Positions 19,685 through 29,412 of a stretch of DNA of 64,000 bases are shown here, one piece after another; positions within the stretch are counted from its first letter, which is position 1, and the number at the start of each line of letters is the position of its first letter. Under the pieces are notes generated by a model. That model was not told the origin of the DNA. It searched no databases and saw only the letters and a list, made by a program, of their open reading frames with translations. The stretch spans positions 992,001-1,056,000 of the forward strand of contig CAVYTU010000017.1 in the NCBI GenBank assembly GCA_963771465.1. Direction: 5' to 3'. The position numbers and the translations under genes are program-made. This DNA comes from an uncultured delta proteobacterium (GTDB lineage: Bacteria > Desulfobacterota > Binatia > UBA9968).

Positions 19685-21400
19685 CTATAGGGTTTGGTTG
19701 GCAAATTTTCGCGCCACCAAGGTTGCTCCCATTAGGCCGAATATAAGCATGACACCCAGTGCGGCGGTTGTCGCGACTTCGCCATTGCTCCACAGCTCCC
19801 AAACTAGAACCGATAGTACGATACTGTCGTGGCTATATAACATGATGACAGAGCCCATTGCCTTGGTGACGACAATCGCCGAAAAAATCCAGCCGTTGAC
19901 CAACGCCGGCAGCAAAAGCGGCAGGGTAATTTTCCGAAATGTCTTGAACCACGAGCCGCCGCTGGCGTAAGAAGCCTCTTCGAGCTCTTTGTGGAGTTGC
20001 GTCATTGCGGCGTTCATGACCCGGGTGCCGAATGCGATGCGACTCGTAATGTAAGCGATGAGCAAAATCCAGATCGTGCCGTAAATCGGCACCGGTAGAA
20101 AAATATAAACCCACATCAGCGCCACACCCGTGACGATGCCCGGAATGGCGTGGGGCACGAAGGTGAGGAAGTCGAGGACCTTGCGTCCACGGCCGCGGCT
20201 TTTGACGATAACCCAGGAGAGCACCGAGCAGATCAACATGGTGATCGTCGGCGCCAAAAGCACCATGTAGAGCGTGTTTTTAAGCGCCAGGCCGACTTTG
20301 GAAATGTCGAACACGGTGCGATAATTCTCAAGCGAGATACGGCTCAGCGCGGCCATGGAGGGCGCTTGATAGACCGGCAGCACGGACGCCCAGATCAAAA
20401 CCAGCAGGGGCAAGAGAATGGTAACGAGAAAATAACCCACGACGAACGCGATGGCGATAAACCTCCAACGACCTAAGTCGATGGTTTTGGGGCGATAAGC
20501 TTTACCGGTAATCGTCGCGTACCTGTCGGCGTCGCGGGAAAACTTGCTATAGGCGGCGATTAAAAGGGCGCTGATCGCGAGCAGCAAAATCGCCAAGGTG
20601 CTGAGCATGCCATAATCGGGAGGCGATTCCTGTTTCACGAGATAGATCTTAAAAGCCAAGACCTGTATGCCCGCGCGCATGCCGATCACGCCGGGAATCT
20701 CGAAAGATTCCATGGCGGAGATCAGCACGTAGATCAGCGCGCCCAGGATCGACGGACGCAAAACTCGTAGGGTGATGCGATGGAGCGTGGTTAAAAAGCC
20801 GGCGCCGAGCACGTCCGAGGCCTCCTCGAGCGACGGATCCATGCGGCGAAAAGAACCGGCCATCATCAAAAAAGTGATCGGCGTGAGATGCAACCCCTCA
20901 AGAAAAATCATCCCTGGCAAGTTGTAAATATTTAGCGGCGCTTGATCGAGGTTGAAGGCGTGCTTTAGGGCCAGATTGACGATGCCTGCGCCTGGACTAA
21001 GTAAGAGAACCCAGGCGATGGAAAAGAGTACGCCAGGGATGGCTATTGGTATAAGAAAAAGTGGATAGAGCAGATTTTTACCTGGTAGGTTGGTGCGCTC
21101 AACTAACCAGGCGAAGATGATTCCCAATAAAAGCGCGATCGCCGCCGAGCCCAGTGCGAACAGCAGCGTATTGAACATAAGCTCGTAGGTGGCAGGATTG
21201 GCATAGGCGCGGACATAATTTCCGAGAGTTAATTCCGCCGGCATGCCAATCTGCCCGCTGCGGAAACTCGTCCATAGGAGAAAAATCAGTGGGATGACAA
21301 CGAGGTAGATAGTGACTACGAGGACTGGCCCGACGACCAAAGTCCTTGAGTCCCATCTAAAGGTATCGATACGGGGATAGGTTTGTCTTTCGGCCCTCAT
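19685..21400 (-). CDS. ABC transporter permease (FbpB-type, two fused permease domains)
   Basis: Many hydrophobic helices and two EAA loops (DPSLEEASDVLGA; HKELEEASYASGG). Confidence 0.93.
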   Translation of the reverse strand: MRAERQTYPRIDTFRWDSRTLVVGPVLVVTIYLVVIPLIFLLWTSFRSGQIGMPAELTLGNYVRAYANPATYELMFNTLLFALGSAAIALLLGIIFAWLVERTNLPGKNLLYPLFLIPIAIPGVLFSIAWVLLLSPGAGIVNLALKHAFNLDQAPLNIYNLPGMIFLEGLHLTPITFLMMAGSFRRMDPSLEEASDVLGAGFLTTLHRITLRVLRPSILGALIYVLISAMESFEIPGVIGMRAGIQVLAFKIYLVKQESPPDYGMLSTLAILLLAISALLIAAYSKFSRDADRYATITGKAYRPKTIDLGRWRFIAIAFVVGYFLVTILLPLLVLIWASVLPVYQAPSMAALSRISLENYRTVFDISKVGLALKNTLYMVLLAPTITMLICSVLSWVIVKSRGRGRKVLDFLTFVPHAIPGIVTGVALMWVYIFLPVPIYGTIWILLIAYITSRIAFGTRVMNAAMTQLHKELEEASYASGGSWFKTFRKITLPLLLPALVNGWIFSAIVVTKAMGSVIMLYSHDSIVLSVLVWELWSNGEVATTAALGVMLIFGLMGATLVARKFANQTL

Positions 21401-21440
21401 TTGCGCGCCCTTTCACGCTCACTCTCGAATGTCTAGCGCG

Positions 21441-22454
21441 TCATTTGATGCCAAACTTGTTCTTCAGCTGTTCTTGATACTCCTTGCTCGAGTTGTAAAA
21501 TTCATCATCCTCGTAAATAAACTTCTGACCCTTGATAAGCTGCGCTTGTCGCGAACCGCTGCCGGCGGCAGGGTTGCCTTTGTTCAGTACCTCGTCGATC
21601 GCTTTTTCTCCGTCTGGGGAATAAACCCAGTCGAGCCACACCAGCGCAGCATTCGGGTGAGGTGGTTTGGCGCTGAGAAAACTCTTGGGTCCTCGGCCGA
21701 TCAGAGGATTGGCCTTGACGAGTTCGATGGTGGCGCCTTTGTCTTTGCTCGCCATCGCTCTGAACAGAAACGCCTCGGCAGTGATATGCAGATCGCCGGC
21801 CGCGACGAGGGTGAGCCCCGGCGTCCAGCTCAATATCTTCGGTTGATTAGCCGCCAATTTGGTAACGTAGGCAAGAGTTTTCTCTTTGCCCCAAACATTG
21901 GGTTGGCCAAAAACCACCCACATGTCCATGACATCGGGCACAGCGATTTTGCCTTTCCACTTCGGATCGAGCAAATCTTCCCATGTTTTAGGCGCGTCCT
22001 TGGCGGCAACGAGGTTGGTATTGTAAACCGGCACGCTGACGTTGAAACCGAATGGCGCGTAATAGCCATTGGGATCTCTAGCGTCGGCAGGTAATCTCGA
22101 TAATCCAGGAACGGACCATTTCTGCATCACGCCGGCCTTGACCCAATCCTGCGCCGCTCGCGAGCCGCCGCTAATAACATCCCAACTATATTTCTTCGCA
22201 GTAAACTCGGCCCAAACCCGCTCCTGGGTCGCCTTACTCGATGTGTTCCACTGATCGACCACAATGAAAGGATACTTTTGGTTGAAGCGTTTGATGAACT
22301 CACGGTCTTCCGAGTCCGTGCCGCCGCCCCACCAAATCAACTTTCCTTCGGCTTTGGCTTTTTCAATCACGTCCGCAGGCGCAGCATGAGCCAATGAGTT
22401 TAAAAAGCTGAACAGGATTGCCAAGACTAAAAGGCGCATCGATGATTTCTCCAT
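21441..22454 (-). CDS. ABC transporter substrate-binding protein (iron/thiamine/polyamine class)
   Basis: Signal peptide (AHA-A); KAKAEGKL, YNTNLV, PKTWEDLLDPKWKGK, PHPNAA. Confidence 0.9.
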   Translation of the reverse strand: MEKSSMRLLVLAILFSFLNSLAHAAPADVIEKAKAEGKLIWWGGGTDSEDREFIKRFNQKYPFIVVDQWNTSSKATQERVWAEFTAKKYSWDVISGGSRAAQDWVKAGVMQKWSVPGLSRLPADARDPNGYYAPFGFNVSVPVYNTNLVAAKDAPKTWEDLLDPKWKGKIAVPDVMDMWVVFGQPNVWGKEKTLAYVTKLAANQPKILSWTPGLTLVAAGDLHITAEAFLFRAMASKDKGATIELVKANPLIGRGPKSFLSAKPPHPNAALVWLDWVYSPDGEKAIDEVLNKGNPAAGSGSRQAQLIKGQKFIYEDDEFYNSSKEYQEQLKNKFGIK

Positions 22455-22485
22455 GAGTCGATAAGCTGCTCGGTTCGCAGGCTCG

Positions 22486-23373
22486 TTAAATTAAGCAAAA
22501 CGGCGGACGTTGGCGGCCGGGCGCGCCTAGTTGGACGACAAAAAGCGTCGCGCCTTTTTTGCTCGACGTGGCCGCATAGGGAGCGTTGGCGGGATAATAC
22601 ATGCAGGAGACTGCGCGATATTCTTTTCCGTCATACGACACGTCTCCGTCGATGAGCAGGCGGATCTGCTCGCATTCGGCTATGCCTGCCGGCGTGCTGG
22701 CGCCGGCGTCGAGGCCGACTATCTTGATGTTCGGACCGAGCTCGTTGAAGTAGCCCAGATGTTTAACTTGCACGCCCGGAACATTTTCCAGCGGTTCGAA
22801 ATTATATTGCCCGGTATGCATGACCACGTAATTGTTATATCTCGCTTCCGGGTATTCTATCTTTCGCCCGAAGACATATTCTCTGATCGCCTCGGCGCTG
22901 TCTTGCTTGCGGCCATCGGGCCAGACGAACAAGCCTTTCTCCAAGGTGCCGATCTCGGCCAATTTTTGCTGTGCTTCGTGATATTCCGGCGAAGCATGAT
23001 AGAGGATCGGGTGACGCGACACGCCGGGAAACTGCATGGTGAAGCGAATATTTTCGTCGCAGCCTTCCTCGGTGTAAGTCGGTCCGTAGGGTATTCCCTC
23101 GGGCACATAGATCGCGTCGCCTTGTCTGAGGACTTCATGCTTGCTGTAGTTCTCGCCGCCCTTGAGAAAATAACGCACCTGATCAAAATCATGCTTGTGG
23201 CGCGGGTTCATGCGTTCGTGGTTATAAACCGTCATGCCAGCGTTCATGGAAATGCTCCGGTCACGGTCGTAAAAACCAAAATGAACACTGCGTCGGCCGC
23301 CGCCTCGATGTTTGACGACTTGCCCCCATGAGGACTCATGCTCCGAAACAGTGACGGGTGTAGCTAGGTTCAT
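22486..23373 (-). CDS. Hypothetical cupin-like protein, paralogue 2
   Basis: PRHKHDFDQVRY and GDAIYVPEGIPYGP cupin-type motifs; high similarity to 23399-24283. Confidence 0.8.
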   Translation of the reverse strand: MNLATPVTVSEHESSWGQVVKHRGGGRRSVHFGFYDRDRSISMNAGMTVYNHERMNPRHKHDFDQVRYFLKGGENYSKHEVLRQGDAIYVPEGIPYGPTYTEEGCDENIRFTMQFPGVSRHPILYHASPEYHEAQQKLAEIGTLEKGLFVWPDGRKQDSAEAIREYVFGRKIEYPEARYNNYVVMHTGQYNFEPLENVPGVQVKHLGYFNELGPNIKIVGLDAGASTPAGIAECEQIRLLIDGDVSYDGKEYRAVSCMYYPANAPYAATSSKKGATLFVVQLGAPGRQRPPFCLI

Positions 23374-23398
23374 AAATAATCCTTTTCAGTGATTGAAG

Positions 23399-24283
23399 TT
23401 AGATCAAACACCACGGCGGTGGCTGACCATTGGCAATGCCGAGTTGCATCACCAGCAAGGTTGCCCCTTTGGCGCTGGATGTCGAAGGATAGGGCACCTG
23501 TGCAGGAAAATACATGCAGGAAATCGCGCTGTGCGATTCGCCTTGAAACGAAATTTCGCCGTCGATGACGTAGCGCACTTGCTCGCAGGGCGCGGTGCCG
23601 GGTTGGGTGCTGGCGCCGGCGTCGATGCGGACTATCTTGATGTTTGGACCGAGCTCGTTGAAATAACCTAAATGCTTGACCTCGACACCTGGCACGCCTG
23701 GCAGAGGAGTCCATGCGTACTCGTTCGAGTGCATTACGATGTATTCGTCATAGCGCGCTTTTGGGTATTCGAGCGGTTTACCGCCGAGATGCTCGCGAAT
23801 CGCTTCGGCACTATCTTGCTTGCGGCCGTTGGGCCAGACGAAAAGACCTTTGTCATCAAACGTCCCGCCCATTTCGCGCAAGTCGAGCTCGCCCATTTGC
23901 ACTTCGTTGCGCTGGAAAAACGGCCGCTTGGACGCGCCTTGAAACTGCATACCGAGGCGGACGTTCTCATCGCAACCTTCAGCTGTAAAAGTCGGTCCGT
24001 AGGGCACCCCTTCCGGAAAATAGACGCAATCGCCGGGACCGAAAACTTGTTTACTGTAATTTTCTCCGCCCCGCGCATAGTAACGAACCTGGTCGAAGTC
24101 ATGCTTGTGGCGTGGGTTGAGACGTTCTGCGGTATAAACCGACATGCTTGCGTTGATTGCAACACCATGCGCGCGGTCGAAAAATCCGAAGTTTTTGCCT
24201 TTGCGCCCGCCGCCGCGATGTCCTACAAGCTGGCCGAACGCCATTTTCTCGCCGGGAACTATAACCGGTGCAGTAATTGCCAT
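23399..24283 (-). CDS. Hypothetical cupin-like protein, paralogue 1
   Basis: AAGGAG RBS; PRHKHDFDQVRY and GDCVYFPEGVPYGP; tandem duplicate of 22486-23373. Confidence 0.8.
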   Translation of the reverse strand: MAITAPVIVPGEKMAFGQLVGHRGGGRKGKNFGFFDRAHGVAINASMSVYTAERLNPRHKHDFDQVRYYARGGENYSKQVFGPGDCVYFPEGVPYGPTFTAEGCDENVRLGMQFQGASKRPFFQRNEVQMGELDLREMGGTFDDKGLFVWPNGRKQDSAEAIREHLGGKPLEYPKARYDEYIVMHSNEYAWTPLPGVPGVEVKHLGYFNELGPNIKIVRIDAGASTQPGTAPCEQVRYVIDGEISFQGESHSAISCMYFPAQVPYPSTSSAKGATLLVMQLGIANGQPPPWCLI

Positions 24284-24439
24284 AATAATCTCCTTCGTGG
24301 ATTTAAACTGTAAGTGGCTTCTTAGATTAATAGCTCAGGCGCGGAGTTAGTGTCAAACGACGGCCGAGCGCTTAAAGAAAAACACGCTCGTTTTGGCAAG
24401 ATCCGTGGACTAAAACTATGCGGATCGGCGCGGGCACCT

Positions 24440-25699
24440 TCAGCAGCACGGTAGCGGATTCTCGATCAAGTTGTAGACATGATCGAAGGTCACGTCGTTG
24501 ATGCGGGCGAGGATTTTAAACGTGCGCGGCGGTTCATTCTTGAGGAAAACCATCAGCGCGGTTTCTACCGGCGGACAGCCGGCTTTGACACAGGGGACTT
24601 CCTTGACCACGATGGCCGCGTCGGCGGGGAACTCCAGGATGGTTTGTACCCAGTAGCGGATTTGATCCAAGGTAAACTTCGACACGTCTTGTTTTTTGCC
24701 GTAGGGATCGACGTCGTCGGCCGATGACGCAGCGCCATTCCCCGTCGTGATGCAGTTCATGAAACCTTGAGTAATTTTTTCACGGTCCAAGTTTCTACCG
24801 ATAAAGACCAATCGGTTGAGCCGGTCTTCTGCTTCCGCCCACGCCCGGCCGGGCCGGCCTTCAAACAGTAAATGGACCCCCTGGAAGACGAACTGGTCGG
24901 GGTCTTTGCGCAGGTTGAGGATTCCTTTCATGCGCAACATCCGTTCGCCGAATTCGCCGATCAGCTCACGAAACCACTGGCTGATCTTGACGCCGTCGAG
25001 GTCGCCGGCGGTTTCGATGGCGACGGTTTCGATGTCCTCGGTGTGAGCGTGGTTATGATCATGTTTGGCCGCTTTGATTTCCAAGTCGAGGCCGCGCAGG
25101 TCGAGAACCATGCCGATATCGATATCGGAGTTTCTCGTCTGGCAGACTCGCGCCGCGCCGTTCAAGTTGCGCAGTTTGAATTCCAGTTCCGGCAGATCTT
25201 CTGGATTGATCAAATCGATCTTGTTGAGCAGCACCATGTCGGCGAAAGCGATCTGCTCTTTGGCTTCCGGCGAACTACTCAACTGTTGGAGGATATGCTT
25301 AGCGTCGACGACGGTGACGACGCCGTTGAGCGCATAAGCGCTTTTAATTCGATCATCGATAAAAAAACTCTGCACCACCGGCGCCGGATCGGCGAGGCCG
25401 GTAGTTTCGATCATCAGGGTGTCGAATTTTTCGCGATGATCGAGCAGTTGCAACAAACTGCGCAACAGGTCGCCGCGCACGCTGCAACAAATGCAGCCGT
25501 TGCTCATCTCGACAACTTCCTGGTCCGAGGAGATCAACAGGTGGTGATCGATGCCGACCGCGCCGAACTCGTTGACGATGACGGCGACCCGCCGGCCATG
25601 ATCGGCGGTCAGGATGCGATTGAGCAAGGTCGTTTTGCCGGCGCCTAAAAAACCCGTGAGTACGGTTACCGGCACCCGTTGATCGTTAGTCTCTGACAT
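24440..25699 (-). CDS. CobW/COG0523 G3E GTPase metallochaperone with Cys-rich C-terminal extension
   Basis: TGFLGAGKTT, VNEFG, GCICC, ETTGLADP, NKID, HDHNHAH, RMKG, LVFIGR; extra domain of about 80 aa. Confidence 0.93.
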   Translation of the reverse strand: MSETNDQRVPVTVLTGFLGAGKTTLLNRILTADHGRRVAVIVNEFGAVGIDHHLLISSDQEVVEMSNGCICCSVRGDLLRSLLQLLDHREKFDTLMIETTGLADPAPVVQSFFIDDRIKSAYALNGVVTVVDAKHILQQLSSSPEAKEQIAFADMVLLNKIDLINPEDLPELEFKLRNLNGAARVCQTRNSDIDIGMVLDLRGLDLEIKAAKHDHNHAHTEDIETVAIETAGDLDGVKISQWFRELIGEFGERMLRMKGILNLRKDPDQFVFQGVHLLFEGRPGRAWAEAEDRLNRLVFIGRNLDREKITQGFMNCITTGNGAASSADDVDPYGKKQDVSKFTLDQIRYWVQTILEFPADAAIVVKEVPCVKAGCPPVETALMVFLKNEPPRTFKILARINDVTFDHVYNLIENPLPCC

Positions 25700-25798
25700 C
25701 TGTAAAGTCCTCGTTGTTCGTTGAAAAATAACAATGGCTCACCGTTGAGTCAATCGCGCGGCAATTGTATATCTTGTCCACTCACGGAGGGTTTTGGC

Positions 25799-26548
25799 AT
25801 GAAACTTAAAGGCAAAGTGGCATTCATCACCGGCTTCGGATCGGGTTTGGGACAGGCGATTGCCGTGATGTTCGCTCAGGAAGGCGCCGCAGTGGCGGGC
25901 ACTTCACCGACGGAATCCAAAGGACGCGAGACTGTGGTGTTGGTCGAGAAGGTCGGCGGCCGCGCGCTTTTTTGGCCCGGTGACGTTGCCAATTCGGCGC
26001 AGATAAAGACTCTTATCGACGAAACCGTGCGGCAATTGGGCGGCATCGACATCGTCGTCAATAGCGGCGGCGTGCGCACCAACGGCAGCATCACCGACAT
26101 CAGCGAAGCGGATTGGGACCGCACTCTCGACATTAATCTAAAGGGCGCGTTCATCGTCTCGCGCCTGGCGATTCCAGAAATGAAAAAACGCGGCGGCGGC
26201 GTGATTCTACACATCGCAGCGCGCTCGGGCATGATCGGGCAAGGCGGGCGAGCGGCTTACTGCGCTTCTAAAGGCGGCATGGTCACACTCACCGAAGCGA
26301 TGGCGATGGATCACGCCAAAGATAAGATTCGCGTCAACTGCATTTGCCCGGGGCCGACGCGCACGCCGATGGTCGACACCTCGACGCCGGAAAAACTGGC
26401 GCGTTACAAAACCAGGGTTCCGATCGGCCGCATTGGCGAGCCGCAAGACGTCGCCTATGCGGCGCTGTATTTAGCGTCAGACGAGGCTTCGATGGTAACG
26501 GCGGCCATATTACCGGTGGACGGCGGTATGCGGCTCACCGGTTCCTAA
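25799..26548 (+). CDS. SDR family oxidoreductase
   Basis: TGFGSGLG, YCASK, VNCICPG, VDGG; GGAGGG RBS before ATG 25799. Confidence 0.92.
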   Translation: MKLKGKVAFITGFGSGLGQAIAVMFAQEGAAVAGTSPTESKGRETVVLVEKVGGRALFWPGDVANSAQIKTLIDETVRQLGGIDIVVNSGGVRTNGSITDISEADWDRTLDINLKGAFIVSRLAIPEMKKRGGGVILHIAARSGMIGQGGRAAYCASKGGMVTLTEAMAMDHAKDKIRVNCICPGPTRTPMVDTSTPEKLARYKTRVPIGRIGEPQDVAYAALYLASDEASMVTAAILPVDGGMRLTGS

Positions 26549-26585
26549 GAATCAGATGACGAAATGAATTGAGAAGGACAGAATC

Positions 26586-27224
26586 ATGCTCGACGTAAGG
26601 CCAATTGGAATTGAAGATTATGCGGAGCGGTACAGCAAGCCGCTCTCCGCGTTGCACGATAAGTTATGGGTCGAAACCTATTCGAAAATGCACAGCCACA
26701 AGATGATGGTCGGCGCGCTGGAGGGACAGTTCTTGAAAATGCTCGCAGCGATGACCGGAGCGCGGCGCATTCTCGAGATCGGCATGTACACCGGTTATAG
26801 CACCCTCGCGTGGGCCGAAGCGTTGCCTAAGGACGGCAGGGTTGTCACCTGTGACATCAACCCGGAGACAACCGAGATCGCCAAACGCTACTTTGCCGAG
26901 AGCCCGCATGGTCACAAGATTGAAATCAAGCTCGGCCCGGCGTTGGAATCCTTGAAAACCGTTTGGGGTCCCTTCGATATCTGCTTTATCGACGCCGACA
27001 AGGAAAACTACGGCGCTTACTACGAACAGTGTGTCGAGTTGGCGAGACCAAGAGGACTGATCGTTCTCGACAACATGCTGCTCGGCGGCAAAGTTCTCGA
27101 CCCCGCCGATCCGCGCACCGTTGCCGTCGATGCCCTCAACAAACGCATCCGCAATGATCCGAGAGTAGAGAACGTCCTTTTGCCGGTGCGTGACGGGATC
27201 ATGCTGGCGCGCAAGGTTGCATGA
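26586..27224 (+). CDS. Class I SAM O-methyltransferase (caffeoyl-CoA OMT-like)
   Basis: LEIGMYTGYS, FIDADKENY, DNML, LPVRDG. Confidence 0.92.
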   Translation: MLDVRPIGIEDYAERYSKPLSALHDKLWVETYSKMHSHKMMVGALEGQFLKMLAAMTGARRILEIGMYTGYSTLAWAEALPKDGRVVTCDINPETTEIAKRYFAESPHGHKIEIKLGPALESLKTVWGPFDICFIDADKENYGAYYEQCVELARPRGLIVLDNMLLGGKVLDPADPRTVAVDALNKRIRNDPRVENVLLPVRDGIMLARKVA

Positions 27225-27255
27225 GAGGGAAAGTGTCGAGCCCTACGGATTTTGG

Positions 27256-27747
27256 TTAGCGAATTTGCTTTCCTCTTTTCTCATGTTCGCGCAGAAAAAG
27301 GTTGTACAGAGAGGCAACGGTGCGCTCTTCTAATTCCGGGTGGCCGGAGCGATTGCGGGCGACGATGGTGATGCTCAAATCCTCCTTCTTCTCGAGTTCG
27401 ATCAATTCCGCGTCTTTTGATTTCAGATGAGCACCCACGGTGCGTAAAGTGTTCGCCAGACTGTGCGAGTCCGGCAGGCGGTTGGTTTTGGCTCTTTGCG
27501 AGCGTCCTTGGCGGTCGAGCTGCTCGATGTCTTGCCATGTGAAGGTCAGCGAGCTGCTCAATCCTTCACTGCGGTTACGCTGCTGCCAATTGCGCAGCTT
27601 GGCGAGGAGCGAATTTTCTTGATCCGGTTCGCCCGTCACGATAAAGCGCTCGCCTTGTAGCTGTAATTTAAAATTCCGAATGCGCTGGGCTTCGAGCGAC
27701 TGGCCGATGGTTCGCAGTTGGAGATCGTAAGATTTCTTTTCCGCCAT
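27256..27747 (-). CDS. Hypothetical protein with internal two-fold repeat
   Basis: GAGG RBS; LRTIGQSLE and LRTVGAHLK segments; sole plausible ORF in the gap. Confidence 0.75.
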   Translation of the reverse strand: MAEKKSYDLQLRTIGQSLEAQRIRNFKLQLQGERFIVTGEPDQENSLLAKLRNWQQRNRSEGLSSSLTFTWQDIEQLDRQGRSQRAKTNRLPDSHSLANTLRTVGAHLKSKDAELIELEKKEDLSITIVARNRSGHPELEERTVASLYNLFLREHEKRGKQIR

Positions 27748-27857
27748 GAACAACCTCACCTGGACGCTCTACATCGATCCATTGGTTTATCCGAGTTACG
27801 CTGCGCGTTCATAGCACTCTCGCCTTTGGCAAACAAGGTCTAAAACTCCTCACTTTC

Positions 27858-27886
27858 TTGACATCAGTTGGGGGCAAAAGTAAGGT
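27858..27886 (+). promoter_or_regulatory. Putative sigma70 promoter of ubiD-like operon
   Basis: TTGACA-17 nt-TAAGGT upstream of GGAGG RBS and ATG 27925. Confidence 0.6.
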
Positions 27887-27924
27887 GAGAAACTCGATTA
27901 CTTTCACTTCCCACGGAGGCATTC

Positions 27925-29397
27925 ATGGCACGTCCGGAGAGAGTCGGCGCTTCACATAGCACGGTGAGTTATCGCGGTTTGCGCGACTGGATCGACCAAG
28001 TTGAAAAGATGGGCGAATTGTTGAAGGTCAATGGCGCCCACTGGGACCGTGAGATGGGCTCGATCACGCAGATGCTCACCGAAGGCGGTAAGGGCAAGGC
28101 GCCGGCCATCGTGTTCGACGAAGTGCCCGGCTATCCCAAGGGCTATCGGACTTTGTACGGTCAATTCTCGACGATCAAGCGCGTCGCGCTGACCCTTGGC
28201 TTGCCGCTCGAATACGAACACAAAGCCGACATCGTCAAAGCCTATCATCACGTCATGACCGACATGAAAATGATCAAACCGAAGATGGTCAAGAGCGGAC
28301 CGATCTTCGAAAACGTCTTTGAAGGCGACAAAGTGGACGTGCTCAAACTGCCGGTGCCGATTCACCACCAGGCCGACACGCACCGTTACGTCGGTACCGC
28401 CGATATGTGCATCACCAAGGATCCCGACGCCGATTGGTATAACTTCGGCGCCTACCGCTGCGAAGTCTACGACGAGAAAACCATCGGCTGCCAGATCACC
28501 GAAGGCAAGCACGGCCGGATTCACCGCGACAAATATTTCGAGCGCGGCCAAAGCTGCAAGTTTGCCATCGTCTGCGGCCAAGATCCGCTTCTCTACATGC
28601 TTTCCGCTAGCCCGCTGCCGAGCGGAGTTTCCGAGTATGATTTTGCCGGCGGCATCCGCGGCGAACCGGTGGAAGTTGTCAAAGGTCCGTTCACCGGGTT
28701 TCCGATTCCTGCCGACGCCGAAATCGTCATCGAAGGCGAAGCCGTGCCGGGCCAGAGCAAGCCTGAAGGTCCGTTCGGCGAGTGGATGGGCTACTATTCC
28801 GACGACGTCGTGCCGCGGCCTTATCTAAACGTGAAGACCGTCATGTACCGCAACAATCCGATTCTCACCTGTGCGCCGCAGCATAAACCGGTGGACGAAA
28901 CCGGTCTGCTCAAAGGTATCGCCGGCGCGGCGGAGATATGGAACGCGCTGGAAGCTTGCGGCTTGCCCGAAATCCTCGGCGTGTGGAATCACGAAGGCGC
29001 GCCGGCGACGCGTTTCACGGCGATCCAAATCCGCCAGCGCTATCCCGGCCACGCGCGCAATGTTTTGCACGTCGCGTCAAACTGCATGGCCGGCGCCTAC
29101 AACGGTAAATGGACAGTCGTCGTCGACGACGATGTCGATTGCTCGGATATCGATCAAGTGCTGTGGGCCATGGGCACGCGCTTCGATCCGATGACCGATA
29201 TCGATCTGGTGCAAAAAGCCTGGTCGTCGGGACGCGATCCGATGTTTCTGCCGGGCAATTTCAACAACCGCATCTTGATCGACGCTTGCCAGCCGTACAA
29301 TCGAAAACTGCGCGGCGAGTTTCCTAAAGTCGTCGAGGTGCCGGAGAACGTGCGCCAACAATTGAAGGCGAAGTTTCCACAAATCTTTAAGCCATAA
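27925..29397 (+). CDS. UbiD-family (prFMN) decarboxylase
   Basis: NFGAYR, PADAEIVIEG, EGPFGEWMGYY, VVVDDDVD, VLWAMGTR, IDAC. Confidence 0.93.
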   Translation: MARPERVGASHSTVSYRGLRDWIDQVEKMGELLKVNGAHWDREMGSITQMLTEGGKGKAPAIVFDEVPGYPKGYRTLYGQFSTIKRVALTLGLPLEYEHKADIVKAYHHVMTDMKMIKPKMVKSGPIFENVFEGDKVDVLKLPVPIHHQADTHRYVGTADMCITKDPDADWYNFGAYRCEVYDEKTIGCQITEGKHGRIHRDKYFERGQSCKFAIVCGQDPLLYMLSASPLPSGVSEYDFAGGIRGEPVEVVKGPFTGFPIPADAEIVIEGEAVPGQSKPEGPFGEWMGYYSDDVVPRPYLNVKTVMYRNNPILTCAPQHKPVDETGLLKGIAGAAEIWNALEACGLPEILGVWNHEGAPATRFTAIQIRQRYPGHARNVLHVASNCMAGAYNGKWTVVVDDDVDCSDIDQVLWAMGTRFDPMTDIDLVQKAWSSGRDPMFLPGNFNNRILIDACQPYNRKLRGEFPKVVEVPENVRQQLKAKFPQIFKP

Positions 29398-29412
29398 TCC
29401 AAGGAGTCAACG

